This document shows, piece after piece, positions 1 to 10,065 of a stretch of 64,000 nucleotides of DNA. Positions within the stretch are counted from its first letter, which is position 1, and every line of letters starts with the position of its first letter. A model generated the notes under the pieces. The model made no database searches and was not told where the DNA came from. It saw only the letters and a program-made list of their open reading frames with translations. The position numbers were made by a program, and so were the translations under genes. The stretch comes from Candidatus Latescibacterota bacterium (lineage in GTDB: Bacteria > Latescibacterota > UBA2968): NCBI GenBank assembly GCA_965207885.1, contig OZ242311.1:6144001-6208000 (forward strand), read 5' to 3'.

Positions 1-498
1 CAGCCACACTTCCCAGGGCATGGACGCGCCGGGTGGCAGGCCTTCGTAGAACATGCGCAGGGCTTCGGGGTCTATGGGTACGACCCACGAGTCGAGATTG
101 GGATGATAGAATTCACCCCATCGATTTTCGGGTGTGGCAAAGTAAATCGGCGTGGAAATGACGCCGATGAGAAATCCGGTTACGCCCGAAGCGGGTACCA
201 CGCACCCCACCATGCCGATTGCCGCAATTGCCAGCAGTTCTGAGGGCGAAAACGCGTGGTGCGATCCCAGGAGTTTCAAGATCGGGTTGACGGCTGCGAC
301 CAGCAAGACAAATACGGCCATCAATGTGAGCTGAAAAAAGCTCAGGTTTAGTCTGGATGCATGCACCACGGTTTCGGCATAGGTCACCCACAGGTTGATG
401 AATACCACTGCGCCCAGCGCAATACCCACTGAACGGACTGTCAGACCTTTTTCCTGTAAGGGATCGGTTTCATGTGCAAATTCTGTTTGTATTGCCAT
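1..498 (-). CDS. Polytopic membrane protein (DUF6785/DUF6784-like putative transporter), 5' part only, runs off the window; paralogue of 509..2488
   Basis: Manual translation from ATG at 498 gives MAIQTEFAHETDPLQEKGLTVRSVGIALGAVVFINLWVTYAETVVHASRLNLSFFQLT, colinear with the N-terminus of 509..2488. Confidence 0.8.
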   Translation of the reverse strand, partial: MAIQTEFAHETDPLQEKGLTVRSVGIALGAVVFINLWVTYAETVVHASRLNLSFFQLTLMAVFVLLVAAVNPILKLLGSHHAFSPSELLAIAAIGMVGCVVPASGVTGFLIGVISTPIYFATPENRWGEFYHPNLDSWVVPIDPEALRMFYEGLPPGASMPWEVWL

Positions 499-508
499 TT
501 AAGTGCCT

Positions 509-2488
509 TTACCACCAATGTACCGAGTGTCCCTGACCCGGCCACCAGATCGCATCGACGAGAAATGACCAGGCGACGCCAGCGGTGTAGCCGACGAGCA
601 GGCCCAGAAATAGGGGCATGGCTTTGCGGTAGAGGTTTACGCCGCCGATGCGGAGCAAAGAGGCTTTGCACACCCAGGCGATGAATACGGGCATGACCAG
701 CGATGCCGTGTTATCGGCAGCGGAAATGGTCAGGCCGATGGGGTTGATGGGCCACCAGGAAAATCGGTATCTCAAAAATGTCAACAGGGCCATTGCACCC
801 GCGCCAATGGCGAAAAAGATGATGCGGTTTGGGTCGGGTGCTTTGGGCGTTCGCATCATTGTAAGGGTAGATCCGTAGATGCCTTTTGGGTCGCCGCTGA
901 AGAAGGGGAAGCGCGGGAAATTGTACGCGCCATGCGTATAGCCCAGATAGAGCATGAGCCATACAGAAGAGACAAATCCGGCGAGTACGCCAATGCCCAC
1001 GCAATAGAATAACAGACGGCGGTTGCCGCGGATCAGGTCGCCCAGTTTGATCGATTGCGCCAGCGCCGGGGTGAATAGCCCGCGCATATAATCGATGAGG
1101 GAATAGGACAATGCGATGGCTGTCATGCTGCTTCCGGATATGACGTGGGTGCCGCGCAGGTCCATGACAAATGCCTGCGGTGTTACGGTGGCGCCCGAAT
1201 ACACGACGCCGGCTTCTGATACCACGCGCGCGATGCCGATGTAGATGACGGCGACGCCGGACATAAAAATCAATGCGGTGGTCAGGTCCATCCCTATTTG
1301 CAGGAGCCAGAATAAGACGTAGATGAGGCTACACGACAAAATTAAAACTGCCGACCGGTAGGAAAGTATTTCTTCGCGGTCATCTACCGGATGATTTTTG
1401 TCGAGTGCTTTGAGGACGACATCGCGCAGATGCCGCCGCGCGACCCACAATCGCCACACGACGAGACAGGCGAGTGCGCCAAAACACTGCCAGGCTTCGG
1501 TGGGCGGGTCTGCGCTGAATGAGTCGGTTGACCGTTCGATCTGATAGCCCAGGCGGTTAAAAATACCCCCTTCCAGGACGTGGAGTAAAAAGAAAAACCA
1601 GACTGAGAATAGTACCTGTGTATTGGCAAAGTACGCAAATCCGATGGTCAAAAATTGCATGGGTTGAATGTACATGCCCGGCGAATAGCGCGTGAAGCGG
1701 AAATATCCTCCGTGCGGGAGGATGCCGATGCTGGGCAGGAGCGGGTATGCCCATGACAGGGAGTGCCAGACAAAAATCAAAAATGGTATAGCCGCTGCAA
1801 TCCAGAACATGGGACCGCGCATGAATGCGGGGAGAAGACGCGCAGAGAGGGCATCTTGCGACATTTCAATGGGTACGGCGGCGATGGGATAGGCGAGTTT
1901 TTCGTATTCTACCCATTGTTTTCGCAAGATAATCATCAGTGTGGCGGAAACGGCAAATACGGCTACCACCAGACTGCCCCACCACGCGAGAGGTGCCAGC
2001 CACACGCGATAGGGGATAGCGCTGCCGGGTAATAAGCCCTCGTAAAATGCGCGTACAGCTTCCTGATTGGTGGGCACGACCCAGGAGTTGAGGTTGGGGT
2101 GATAATACTCGGCCCATCCGTTTTCGGGCGTGGCAAAATAAAAGGGGGTGGAAATTACTCCGATCAAAAATCCGGTGATGCCGGATGTGGGCACGACGCA
2201 GCCGACGATGCCAATGGCGACAACGGATAGCAATTCGGCGGGGGCAAAGGCGTAGCGGCGGTTTATAGATTTGATCAGGGGATTGACTACCCCGATCAGG
2301 ATGATGAAGATGGCGAGGAGCGTGATTTGAAATACGCTCAGGTTCAGGCGAGAGGTTTTTACCACGGTCTCGGCATAGGTCACCCACAGGTTGATGAAGA
2401 TTACGATTCCAATGCCCAGGGCAACCGAGCGGAGTGTTATGCCTCTTGCATGTTCACTTGTTGGGTCTGATTGCAGTGCTTCGGCCAA
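509..2488 (-). CDS. Polytopic inner-membrane protein, DUF6785/DUF6784-like putative oligomer transporter
   Basis: 659 aa, many hydrophobic segments; motifs ILRKQWVEYEKLAYPI and RYRFSWWPINPIG recognised as typical of this family. Confidence 0.7.
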   Translation of the reverse strand: MAEALQSDPTSEHARGITLRSVALGIGIVIFINLWVTYAETVVKTSRLNLSVFQITLLAIFIILIGVVNPLIKSINRRYAFAPAELLSVVAIGIVGCVVPTSGITGFLIGVISTPFYFATPENGWAEYYHPNLNSWVVPTNQEAVRAFYEGLLPGSAIPYRVWLAPLAWWGSLVVAVFAVSATLMIILRKQWVEYEKLAYPIAAVPIEMSQDALSARLLPAFMRGPMFWIAAAIPFLIFVWHSLSWAYPLLPSIGILPHGGYFRFTRYSPGMYIQPMQFLTIGFAYFANTQVLFSVWFFFLLHVLEGGIFNRLGYQIERSTDSFSADPPTEAWQCFGALACLVVWRLWVARRHLRDVVLKALDKNHPVDDREEILSYRSAVLILSCSLIYVLFWLLQIGMDLTTALIFMSGVAVIYIGIARVVSEAGVVYSGATVTPQAFVMDLRGTHVISGSSMTAIALSYSLIDYMRGLFTPALAQSIKLGDLIRGNRRLLFYCVGIGVLAGFVSSVWLMLYLGYTHGAYNFPRFPFFSGDPKGIYGSTLTMMRTPKAPDPNRIIFFAIGAGAMALLTFLRYRFSWWPINPIGLTISAADNTASLVMPVFIAWVCKASLLRIGGVNLYRKAMPLFLGLLVGYTAGVAWSFLVDAIWWPGQGHSVHWW

Positions 2489-2614
2489 ATATCTCTCCTA
2501 TTAGCACAAATGGCACACCCCGCACGGAAGTCGGATTGTGTTCCAATTCCGGCGGGGTATGGAAAAGAATTAACACCTGTGGGGACAAGGGAAATACTCC
2601 TTGTCAGACTCCTC

Positions 2615-3598
2615 CTACAGTGAACCCGAGAGATTCAGGCGCAGGGGCGGGTCAAACAAATCGCCAAAATTGCTATACGACACGTCTAAGGCAATGTGTC
2701 GTCCACCGAATTTCCCCTTGAGACCACCGCCAATACTCCAGGTTTCCGCATCGTATTTGATCTTATAACCCGCTCGAAGCGCGATAAGGTTCTGTATCCA
2801 GAGTTCACCGCCCAGGTTCCAGCGTTGCTCCCGGTCAGTGAAGAAAGCGCCTTCAAACGAGCCGGTCAGGGATACGGGGTCGCCGAGGTTGCCGTACAAT
2901 TCCATGGCTATCCCGGTGTGGAATACCAGGGGCATTTCCGATTTTTCGCTCACGATTTCCTGCTCTCCGCCCAGGTTTTTCATGTTCATGCCAATGCGCA
3001 GGCTTTGAAAGCCCGTGTACATCAAGGTGCTGACATTTACAGAGACTGCGCTGAGTGTCTCTGGTCCCAGCGCGGATTGGACAAAGCGCAGGGCTGCTGC
3101 TGCCGAGAGCTTGTCGGTCAGTTGATAGGCGTAAACCAGGCCGACGGCGAGGTCGCCCGAGTTCACCATAGCACCCGTGCCGTCTGGTTCCATGGTAGTC
3201 GTTTCGGGTATGTCGGGCAGGGTAAAGTTCACAAATGATACACCCAGAACGCCCCACTGTCCGGTATTGTAGGCGAGGGATCCGGTGACAAATGACGATT
3301 CGACCAGCCATTGGGTATAGCCAAAAGCGTATCCCAACTTGTTCACTTTGGTCAGACCGGCCGGGTTCCAGATTATGCCGTCTATCCCGTCGGATACCGC
3401 GGTAAAAGCATCGCCCATGCCCGCGACTCGGGCATTGTTGGTCACTTTCAGAAAATTGAATGTGGATGGCTTGATCTTGCTGCGGCCCTCTGGATTCAGG
3501 ACTTCTTCGGCTTCTGGGAAGAGTGCCTGCGCCGAGGCCGGAGCCGATAGGGCGAGCGCGATCAAAACGATCAGCACTACAGACATCGTATTTTTCAT
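2615..3598 (-). CDS. PorV/PorQ-family (FadL-like) outer-membrane beta-barrel
   Basis: Signal peptide; FLKV..NARVAGMGDAFTAVSDG...WNPAGL motif; alternating beta-strand pattern. Confidence 0.8.
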   Translation of the reverse strand: MKNTMSVVLIVLIALALSAPASAQALFPEAEEVLNPEGRSKIKPSTFNFLKVTNNARVAGMGDAFTAVSDGIDGIIWNPAGLTKVNKLGYAFGYTQWLVESSFVTGSLAYNTGQWGVLGVSFVNFTLPDIPETTTMEPDGTGAMVNSGDLAVGLVYAYQLTDKLSAAAALRFVQSALGPETLSAVSVNVSTLMYTGFQSLRIGMNMKNLGGEQEIVSEKSEMPLVFHTGIAMELYGNLGDPVSLTGSFEGAFFTDREQRWNLGGELWIQNLIALRAGYKIKYDAETWSIGGGLKGKFGGRHIALDVSYSNFGDLFDPPLRLNLSGSL

Positions 3599-3616
3599 AG
3601 TATCAATCCTTGTGTT

Positions 3617-5959
3617 TTAACGGTTGATTATGAACGCGCCCTTGGTCTTGCGACCGCGACTGGCAGGCACGAGCGACTCCACCACGAAGAAGTACGCGGA
3701 CGAGGTGGCTTCACCGGTGAGGAAGCGATCTTTCAAAAGCCACTGCGCTTCCCCGGCCGTTGGATCGTTGTGGTTGATTTCGGCAACGAGATCTCCCGAA
3801 ACCGTAAAAATGGAGATTTTTGCCTGGTGCGGTACCCCGACAAAGCGCAGTTTGAGCGTGCCCTGATAATTGGATTGGGCTTGCGCCAGGCTAAACGGAT
3901 TGGGCACCACGACTACCGGCCTCTCCATATTGTCGGCGGCGTCATTGGCGGCCAAAATTGGGCTGCCCGGAACGATCATGCGCTGTTCGGCCGCTGACCA
4001 TCCGCTCTCCAATCCGTTTTCCGTGAGGTGCTTGCGCACGGTCTCGGGCAAATCGTCCAGGGTTTTGGAGCCTTCGGACCAGGACGATTTGGGGCTGGCA
4101 ACAGAGCGCACATTGTAGGCAAATTGGAATCCGGCCAGCGAATTTTCATCTATCCAGGTGTACGTGCCGCCCTGGCTACTACCGGCTGGAACCGTGCCCA
4201 CCAGATCCCACGGTCCGGTTTCCTGCCAGGTCGAGCGATAGACCCGATAGGCGACCACATCGGCCTGACCGTATTCGGGGTTGATGGCTTTTTCAGCGGC
4301 ATCTGACCACGTCAGGGTAATTTTGGCCTGTGCATTGCTCCCCTGGAAGAAATCCACATCCGGGGGTGCGTTGGGTATCTGGTACTCGTTGTCGTAGGTA
4401 AATTGCGCGTGGTTCAGATGCCGCAGCATGGCTTCTTCGCCTTTGGCCAAAAGCGATTTGCGGGCGTCTGGACCAATATCGCCCACGTTCCACGACCACT
4501 TGGTAATGTCGTTGGCATAACCCGTCTCGGCGTTGATCTCAAATTCGGCTGATGATCCAAAGCCGTAGGCCAGCACGATTTTGGCTTTTTGTCCGGGTGC
4601 CAGGCTGTAGGGACCAAAGATCAGGTCTTCCCACTGCATTTGTTCAGAGGGCGGGTTGTCCATTGTGGGCGAGGTGAAAAAGTCGTACTGGGCGGCCATG
4701 CTCAACGCGCCCCGCGTGGGGTCGTCGATGTTGCGGCGGCCGAATACTTCGTACCAGTGCGACAGGGGTTCGCCCTGTGGATCGACAAAGCCTTCCGCTG
4801 CGTCTGCGGCGTTGAATGTGTGACTCGCCCCGGCATTGCGAAATGCGAGCGGTGCCATAAACTGATAGGCCGGTGCAATGGGCATGCCCTCGGGCCTGTT
4901 CCTGCTGCCCGGGAAGCCCCGCGCTTCCAGGTCCGAGAAGTAGGGATCGCCCGTGTCTTCTTCAAAGCTGGACGGGGAGTTGCCATCCCACTGGTACATG
5001 ATGTATTTGCCCTGGAAATCCGCAGGTGACAATCCGCTTAAGGGATTGTTTTCGAAGTTGGATGCTTCGCTATAGCGATAGTGGTCGTCCAGCGCCTGAC
5101 TGCGGCGATAGGTGACCAGGCCGCCTTCATGACCCCAGCGGAAAGATGTGCCAGCACTATTGACATACATGGAGTTCATGACGCCAAAGTAGGTGTTGTC
5201 GAGTTGTTGTCCGCCCCGATTTTCAAACTCGAGTTCCAGGATGAAAAAGTCGTCGAAATCCTGATGGCTCCACGCATGGGCTTTGCGCGTTACGACCACG
5301 TTGTGCTTTGTCTGCCATTGCGTGATATGGATTTCTTCGCCTGCATTTTGTACGGGCGGATAAATGCCGTAATCGAAGTTGTGAATTTCGTAGGGTCTCA
5401 AATTGGCCGGGTCAGCGGATTGGGGCGAAGCACCTTGCCACCAGTTGGATTTTACCGTGCCTGGACCCACACCGCGATTGGGCACAATGGACTGGATGCC
5501 CCACGAGGATTCTTTGGAGTTGGCGATGTCGTAATTCATCGGTATCACGTCTTCGGTGGGGGTGCGCGGGCCTGTGACCGATACGTATTTTTCGCCGCCC
5601 ACATTGGTCAATACCAGCACACCTTCACCGGCCGAGTGCATGTTTGTAAAGCCCTTTTGTGCGGACGATCCCCATGCTTTGTCGCCCCAGTATTCCACAA
5701 ATTCTTCGGTGCCCAACAGGGCGTACAATGAGTACAATTCGCCCGGGTAGGACATGCGCATCATTACCCGAGATGGGGTTACCTGATAGTGCATGCTCGA
5801 AGTACCGGAGTTGGTAAACGAGAGCCATACCAGCGACCGGGTCATGTGCCGCGACGCGCTATAGACCACCTGCGCTTGTGAATCTATTGTGCCGATTGAC
5901 ATGAGGCACAATACCATCAGACCCGGCAACCATTGTCTTTTCAAGTTTTTCAGATACAT
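3617..5959 (-). CDS. Large secreted protein with Fn3-like domain and T9SS-type C-terminal sorting domain
   Basis: Signal peptide; ITLTW...YRVYRS Fn3-like segment; C-terminal VVVPNPF...ISIFTVSGDLV...W...AYFFVV...KGAFIINR. Confidence 0.7.
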   Translation of the reverse strand: MYLKNLKRQWLPGLMVLCLMSIGTIDSQAQVVYSASRHMTRSLVWLSFTNSGTSSMHYQVTPSRVMMRMSYPGELYSLYALLGTEEFVEYWGDKAWGSSAQKGFTNMHSAGEGVLVLTNVGGEKYVSVTGPRTPTEDVIPMNYDIANSKESSWGIQSIVPNRGVGPGTVKSNWWQGASPQSADPANLRPYEIHNFDYGIYPPVQNAGEEIHITQWQTKHNVVVTRKAHAWSHQDFDDFFILELEFENRGGQQLDNTYFGVMNSMYVNSAGTSFRWGHEGGLVTYRRSQALDDHYRYSEASNFENNPLSGLSPADFQGKYIMYQWDGNSPSSFEEDTGDPYFSDLEARGFPGSRNRPEGMPIAPAYQFMAPLAFRNAGASHTFNAADAAEGFVDPQGEPLSHWYEVFGRRNIDDPTRGALSMAAQYDFFTSPTMDNPPSEQMQWEDLIFGPYSLAPGQKAKIVLAYGFGSSAEFEINAETGYANDITKWSWNVGDIGPDARKSLLAKGEEAMLRHLNHAQFTYDNEYQIPNAPPDVDFFQGSNAQAKITLTWSDAAEKAINPEYGQADVVAYRVYRSTWQETGPWDLVGTVPAGSSQGGTYTWIDENSLAGFQFAYNVRSVASPKSSWSEGSKTLDDLPETVRKHLTENGLESGWSAAEQRMIVPGSPILAANDAADNMERPVVVVPNPFSLAQAQSNYQGTLKLRFVGVPHQAKISIFTVSGDLVAEINHNDPTAGEAQWLLKDRFLTGEATSSAYFFVVESLVPASRGRKTKGAFIINR

Positions 5960-5980
5960 AGATATGATCCTCCTGTCAGA

Positions 5981-8900
5981 TTAGAACTTAAACCGCGCCC
6001 CGGCCACGATGGTTCGGGGTCTGCCCAGCCCGCCGTTGTAGCGGGTCAGTTCGGAAATATCGCCGAAAGTATCGAATTTGCTGTCTCCGGGCGGCGGTTT
6101 CTGGAGGCCGTACTGGATCCAGCGGAAGCCAGTACTCGTATCGTCGCGCTGCCCAAAGAGATTGCGGACTTCCAGGAAGGTTGTGGCTGTACCCGTCTGC
6201 CCCAGTCCAAAGTCTTTTTCAAAGCTGACATCTGTCAGTGTGGAGGGCGGGCCGTTGCGCCGTTCCCTGGGTCCCGTGGGTGGCGTGTACCAGAATGCGC
6301 CCCTGGTGTGCATCTGCCAGACCATGGTCGCGCGGAATCCGGCCAGAGCAGTAATGTGGAAATCCGGCGGTGCAGAGAAGAGGAATTGCACGCTGGCAAA
6401 GTTGCGCCTGTCCAGACCGCCATCTAAGGTGGGAATGCTGTAGTTGGCGATGTTGAAGGAGTATAGCCCGTCTTCGACGAGGACTGGCTGTTCCCAGAAG
6501 GCATTGCTCTTTGGTTCCATCACATCTGCTTTGGCTTTGTATTTCAGGGCAATTTCATTGGCTTTCTCTGCGAATGCCCTCCGTTCTTCGGCCGTTGGTG
6601 CGCGGGGCACTTCCTGTCCGTCGGCTTGCACGGTGACGCCGGCAAAGAATTTGTCGCTGTTCACATATTGAGCCGTGGGAGCGATGAACCATTCCCAGGA
6701 TGATTTGCCGCCACGGTGCGCTTTGGCCCAGTTGACGTTGTAGGCCACATACAGGGCGGTCATCTGGCTGAATTTTTTCTGGAAGGACAGCTCAAATCCG
6801 CGGGATGTGGCAAAGCGGCGATTGAAGAATGCGTGGGTATATGAAGAGTTGAAGCCAAATACGGGTTCGTCGATGAAGAAGTCCGATCCGCCGCTGGATA
6901 GCGTGCCTTCCTGGTCTTTGTAAAAAGCCGTCAGGCCCAGGACGTAATCGCCGTAGAAGTTGTAGTCGAAGCCGACCTCAAAGTTGGTCGTGCGTTCGGG
7001 TTTCATGTGGACATTGCCAAATTCGCCCGCCAGCGGATAGACCAGGGCGTTGAAAATTTCCATCTGGTCGATTTGTCCGTTGCCATTCAGGTCTTTGTCC
7101 GGTCCCGTCGCCCGCCATGTGCGGTTGTAAAGGCTTTGCAGACCGATGAACTGGTGGAAGCGTCCGGTGAAAAATCGGATGGTGGAACGATCTGTGATGG
7201 GGTGTGAAATACCCAGGCGCGGGCTGATGGCCGTCTGCGTGGGCGAATCTACGATGGGTACGTTTCGCCAGCGCGTCAGCGAGTTGTAGTGGTTCCAGGT
7301 GACGTGGTCCATGGCGCGGCCAAAGGATTCGCCGGGCGCGAGGACTTCGTAGCGCACACCCAGATTGACGATCAGGCCCTCAAATTCCATTTTGTCCTGA
7401 ATATAGGCCGCGTAGGTCGCGGGATTAAAAGGTTCCATGCCCACGATGGGGTCGCCCTTGCCCAGCAAGCGGATGTTGCGTTCGCGGGTTGTGTTATAGA
7501 CCACATCTTGCTGTTCGATGCTGTTGCGGATGATTTCAAAGCCGGCTTTTACAAAGTGTCCCCGCGTCACCTGGCTGGACAAATCGCCTTTTAGCAGGAT
7601 GCGCGTGCGCTGCGCCCAGCTAAAGGCGTGGATATCTCGCGTGCCGTAAAATCCGTTTGCACCGCGGACGATATCGGTTGTCTGTGACGGTACGTCGCTG
7701 GTATCGAGGGATGTGCTCTGGAAAGATACGCGGACTTCGTAAAATGTTTTGGGCGATATGGTGTGTGTCAAGACGCCGTAAAATACCTGATCGGTGCGCG
7801 GCGACTTGCCCGAGGAGCTATACCCTGCGGGCAGGTAGAGGTTGCGCCCGCTTTCCGAGATGCCCCGCACGCCGCCCGGCGGCACGCCCGTGGTTGCACC
7901 ACCCGGACCGCGTACCACACTGGTCGAGCCGTTGTTGAACCCGTCTTTGTACACCCATGTGGTGCCGAGCTTAACTTTGTACTTGTCGCCCGGCCGATAG
8001 GTCGCATTGGCCGATGTGTTCAGGTTAAAGGGCGCGTGATTGGAGGGTCCTGGAAAAACGGATGCCTGCCGATCTGTATAGGTGCTGAGGAAGAATCCGA
8101 GTTGTGGGTTAATCGGTCCGGAGACGTTGCCTTCCAAAAAATGTCCCAATGCTTTGTCGTAATCCGAAGGCGTTGAATCTATATTGGGATTGCCGGTGTC
8201 CGGAGTTTTGCCCTCTAACAGCGGGCTGTTATAGACATTCGCACCCCAGTGCTTTAGCCCCGGCAGGGTCAGGCGGTATTCGCCCAGGCCACCGTATCGC
8301 TCTTTGGCTTCGCGGCTCACCAGGCTGATTACGCCGCCCTGTGCATTGCCGTATTCGGCGTTCATGCCGCCAGTGACGACGGCGACTTCTTGCAATGCGC
8401 CGCGCGCCAGGCTGTTGACCTGTGAGGCTGTGTTGTTTTCGGCTACGCCATCGTCGTTGGACAGGCGAATGCCGTCGATTTCCACAAAGACTTCATTGGT
8501 GCCATTGGTTACCGAGGCGGTGTGGCTTGCGCGGATGCGCATGGCGCCGTCCAGGGATACACCCGGTTGCAATTCGATGACCTCTGCCGCGTTTCGCGCA
8601 AGGGGAACCTGTTCGACCTGTTCGACGCCGACAATATAGCGACTCACGGTTTTATCGGGTTCCACGGCAGGTCGCTCGGCAATGACGACCAGTTCGCCGA
8701 GTTCTACGGCTGCTTCCTGGAGTACGATATTTACTGTGGTGGTCAATTCGACCTGTACCAGCACGTTTTGTATGGTTTCGGTGCGGTAGCCGACCAGGGA
8801 TGCTTCCACTTCATGTACGCCCGGATCGACAGCTAATATTAAAAAATAGCCGTCTGTATCGGTTACAGCGCCGCGCCGCGTGCCTTTTACTACGACGTTG

Positions 8901-9043
8901 ACGCCGGGTAGTGCCTCACCCTGGGCATCTTTCACCACACCGGTGACTTTTCCTGTTGTAGCTGCCATCCCATCGCTTGGATAGAAGACGCATAGCGCGC
9001 CGACCAGGATCAGGAGACAGCCCAAACGAATGTTAAAACGCAT
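5981..9043 (-). CDS. TonB-dependent receptor with N-terminal carboxypeptidase-regulatory-like domain
   Basis: GKVTGVVKDAQGEALPGVNVVV; plug motif TGGMNAEYGNAQGGVI; YIQDKMEF; SPRLGISHPI; terminal Phe. Confidence 0.9.
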   Translation of the reverse strand: MRFNIRLGCLLILVGALCVFYPSDGMAATTGKVTGVVKDAQGEALPGVNVVVKGTRRGAVTDTDGYFLILAVDPGVHEVEASLVGYRTETIQNVLVQVELTTTVNIVLQEAAVELGELVVIAERPAVEPDKTVSRYIVGVEQVEQVPLARNAAEVIELQPGVSLDGAMRIRASHTASVTNGTNEVFVEIDGIRLSNDDGVAENNTASQVNSLARGALQEVAVVTGGMNAEYGNAQGGVISLVSREAKERYGGLGEYRLTLPGLKHWGANVYNSPLLEGKTPDTGNPNIDSTPSDYDKALGHFLEGNVSGPINPQLGFFLSTYTDRQASVFPGPSNHAPFNLNTSANATYRPGDKYKVKLGTTWVYKDGFNNGSTSVVRGPGGATTGVPPGGVRGISESGRNLYLPAGYSSSGKSPRTDQVFYGVLTHTISPKTFYEVRVSFQSTSLDTSDVPSQTTDIVRGANGFYGTRDIHAFSWAQRTRILLKGDLSSQVTRGHFVKAGFEIIRNSIEQQDVVYNTTRERNIRLLGKGDPIVGMEPFNPATYAAYIQDKMEFEGLIVNLGVRYEVLAPGESFGRAMDHVTWNHYNSLTRWRNVPIVDSPTQTAISPRLGISHPITDRSTIRFFTGRFHQFIGLQSLYNRTWRATGPDKDLNGNGQIDQMEIFNALVYPLAGEFGNVHMKPERTTNFEVGFDYNFYGDYVLGLTAFYKDQEGTLSSGGSDFFIDEPVFGFNSSYTHAFFNRRFATSRGFELSFQKKFSQMTALYVAYNVNWAKAHRGGKSSWEWFIAPTAQYVNSDKFFAGVTVQADGQEVPRAPTAEERRAFAEKANEIALKYKAKADVMEPKSNAFWEQPVLVEDGLYSFNIANYSIPTLDGGLDRRNFASVQFLFSAPPDFHITALAGFRATMVWQMHTRGAFWYTPPTGPRERRNGPPSTLTDVSFEKDFGLGQTGTATTFLEVRNLFGQRDDTSTGFRWIQYGLQKPPPGDSKFDTFGDISELTRYNGGLGRPRTIVAGARFKF

Positions 9044-9058
9044 GCTGAACCTCCGTTA

Positions 9059-9757
9059 TTATTTGGGGAAATACAACTTGAGCCGAACACCTATGTTGAG
9101 TTTGTGAAATGGGAATGCCTCTTGTAAGCCCCAGGCTTCGAGGGGGCGCACGTGGCCCCAGATGACGTGGTATTGTGCCCGAAGGTCAAACGCAAAATTC
9201 TGAGAGGCGAAGTATTCGACGCCCACACCGGCGTTTATGCCCAGAGCCGTGCGAACATCTGATTCGGGACGCTGTGTCAAATTGGTGTCCAGCGTGCCGC
9301 TCTGACCGGGATAAATTAATCCGCTGATTTCGTTGTTGTAGTGGTAAAAGCCCGATCCGATGACGAAGTAGGGCGCGCCACCCCCGGTGTTCAGTTTTTC
9401 ACCTCCGCCGTTGAAGTGGTAAAGATAGTTGGCGGTTACTGTAAACCAGGTCATTTCCGAACTGGCGTTGGAGCTTTCGTATTCCTGCAGGTCAACGGAC
9501 CAGAGAAATCTGCGGTTTTCCAGTTCTCCCGATCCGTATTTGGCATACCGCGCGTCCAGTTCAAATGTCCAGGTCGGGTTGTTGATGCGTGAGATTGTTC
9601 CCCCGATGTCAATGCCTCCCGAGGGAAACCACTGGTTCAATTTGAACAGCGGCATGTCGTATTGCCCGGTCACCCCAACAGACCAGGTGCCGTTCACTTC
9701 TGCCACTCCCGGCCCAACAAGGGCCAGACTTAATAACGCTGTTACTATGAATCTCAT
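9059..9757 (-). CDS. Outer-membrane beta-barrel protein (OmpA/OmpW-like)
   Basis: Signal peptide; PYFVIGSGFY and GINAGVGVEYF strands. Confidence 0.7.
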   Translation of the reverse strand: MRFIVTALLSLALVGPGVAEVNGTWSVGVTGQYDMPLFKLNQWFPSGGIDIGGTISRINNPTWTFELDARYAKYGSGELENRRFLWSVDLQEYESSNASSEMTWFTVTANYLYHFNGGGEKLNTGGGAPYFVIGSGFYHYNNEISGLIYPGQSGTLDTNLTQRPESDVRTALGINAGVGVEYFASQNFAFDLRAQYHVIWGHVRPLEAWGLQEAFPFHKLNIGVRLKLYFPK

Positions 9758-9915
9758 ACAACGACCTCCTTTGTTGCGGTTTGCGACGATTTGCGTGCTG
9801 CGGGTAAAACACTTCTATTCGTAAATTATAGGCATAACCTCCTTTCGAATTTCGGATGAAAGGATTACGTGTATTAAAGCTGATGAGCGATAACGACCAG
9901 CGGTCAGTTAAGACC

Positions 9916-9948
9916 GTCATCGCGGCAGGGTTTTAGCCGCGATCCAGT
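9916..9948. repeat. REP-like palindrome (GTCAT-stem-loop-ATCCAG family)
   Basis: gtcatcgcggc-agggtttta-gccgcgatccagt; same family as 48630-48740 and 59903-60005. Confidence 0.65.
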
Positions 9949-10065
9949 TCGCTGTTTTCTGTTTGTTAAAGATGATTCATTTTACCTAAAACGCATGTTA
10001 ATATTCAAATTGAGACGGGTCAATCGAAAACGACTATTTTTCCAAATTTATTTTTACATTTTTTT

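Noticed and set aside
2517-2558. Imperfect hairpin between the PorV-like and transporter genes as riboswitch or terminator
   Set aside because: No U-tract and no recognisable aptamer; at most an mRNA-stabilising stem.
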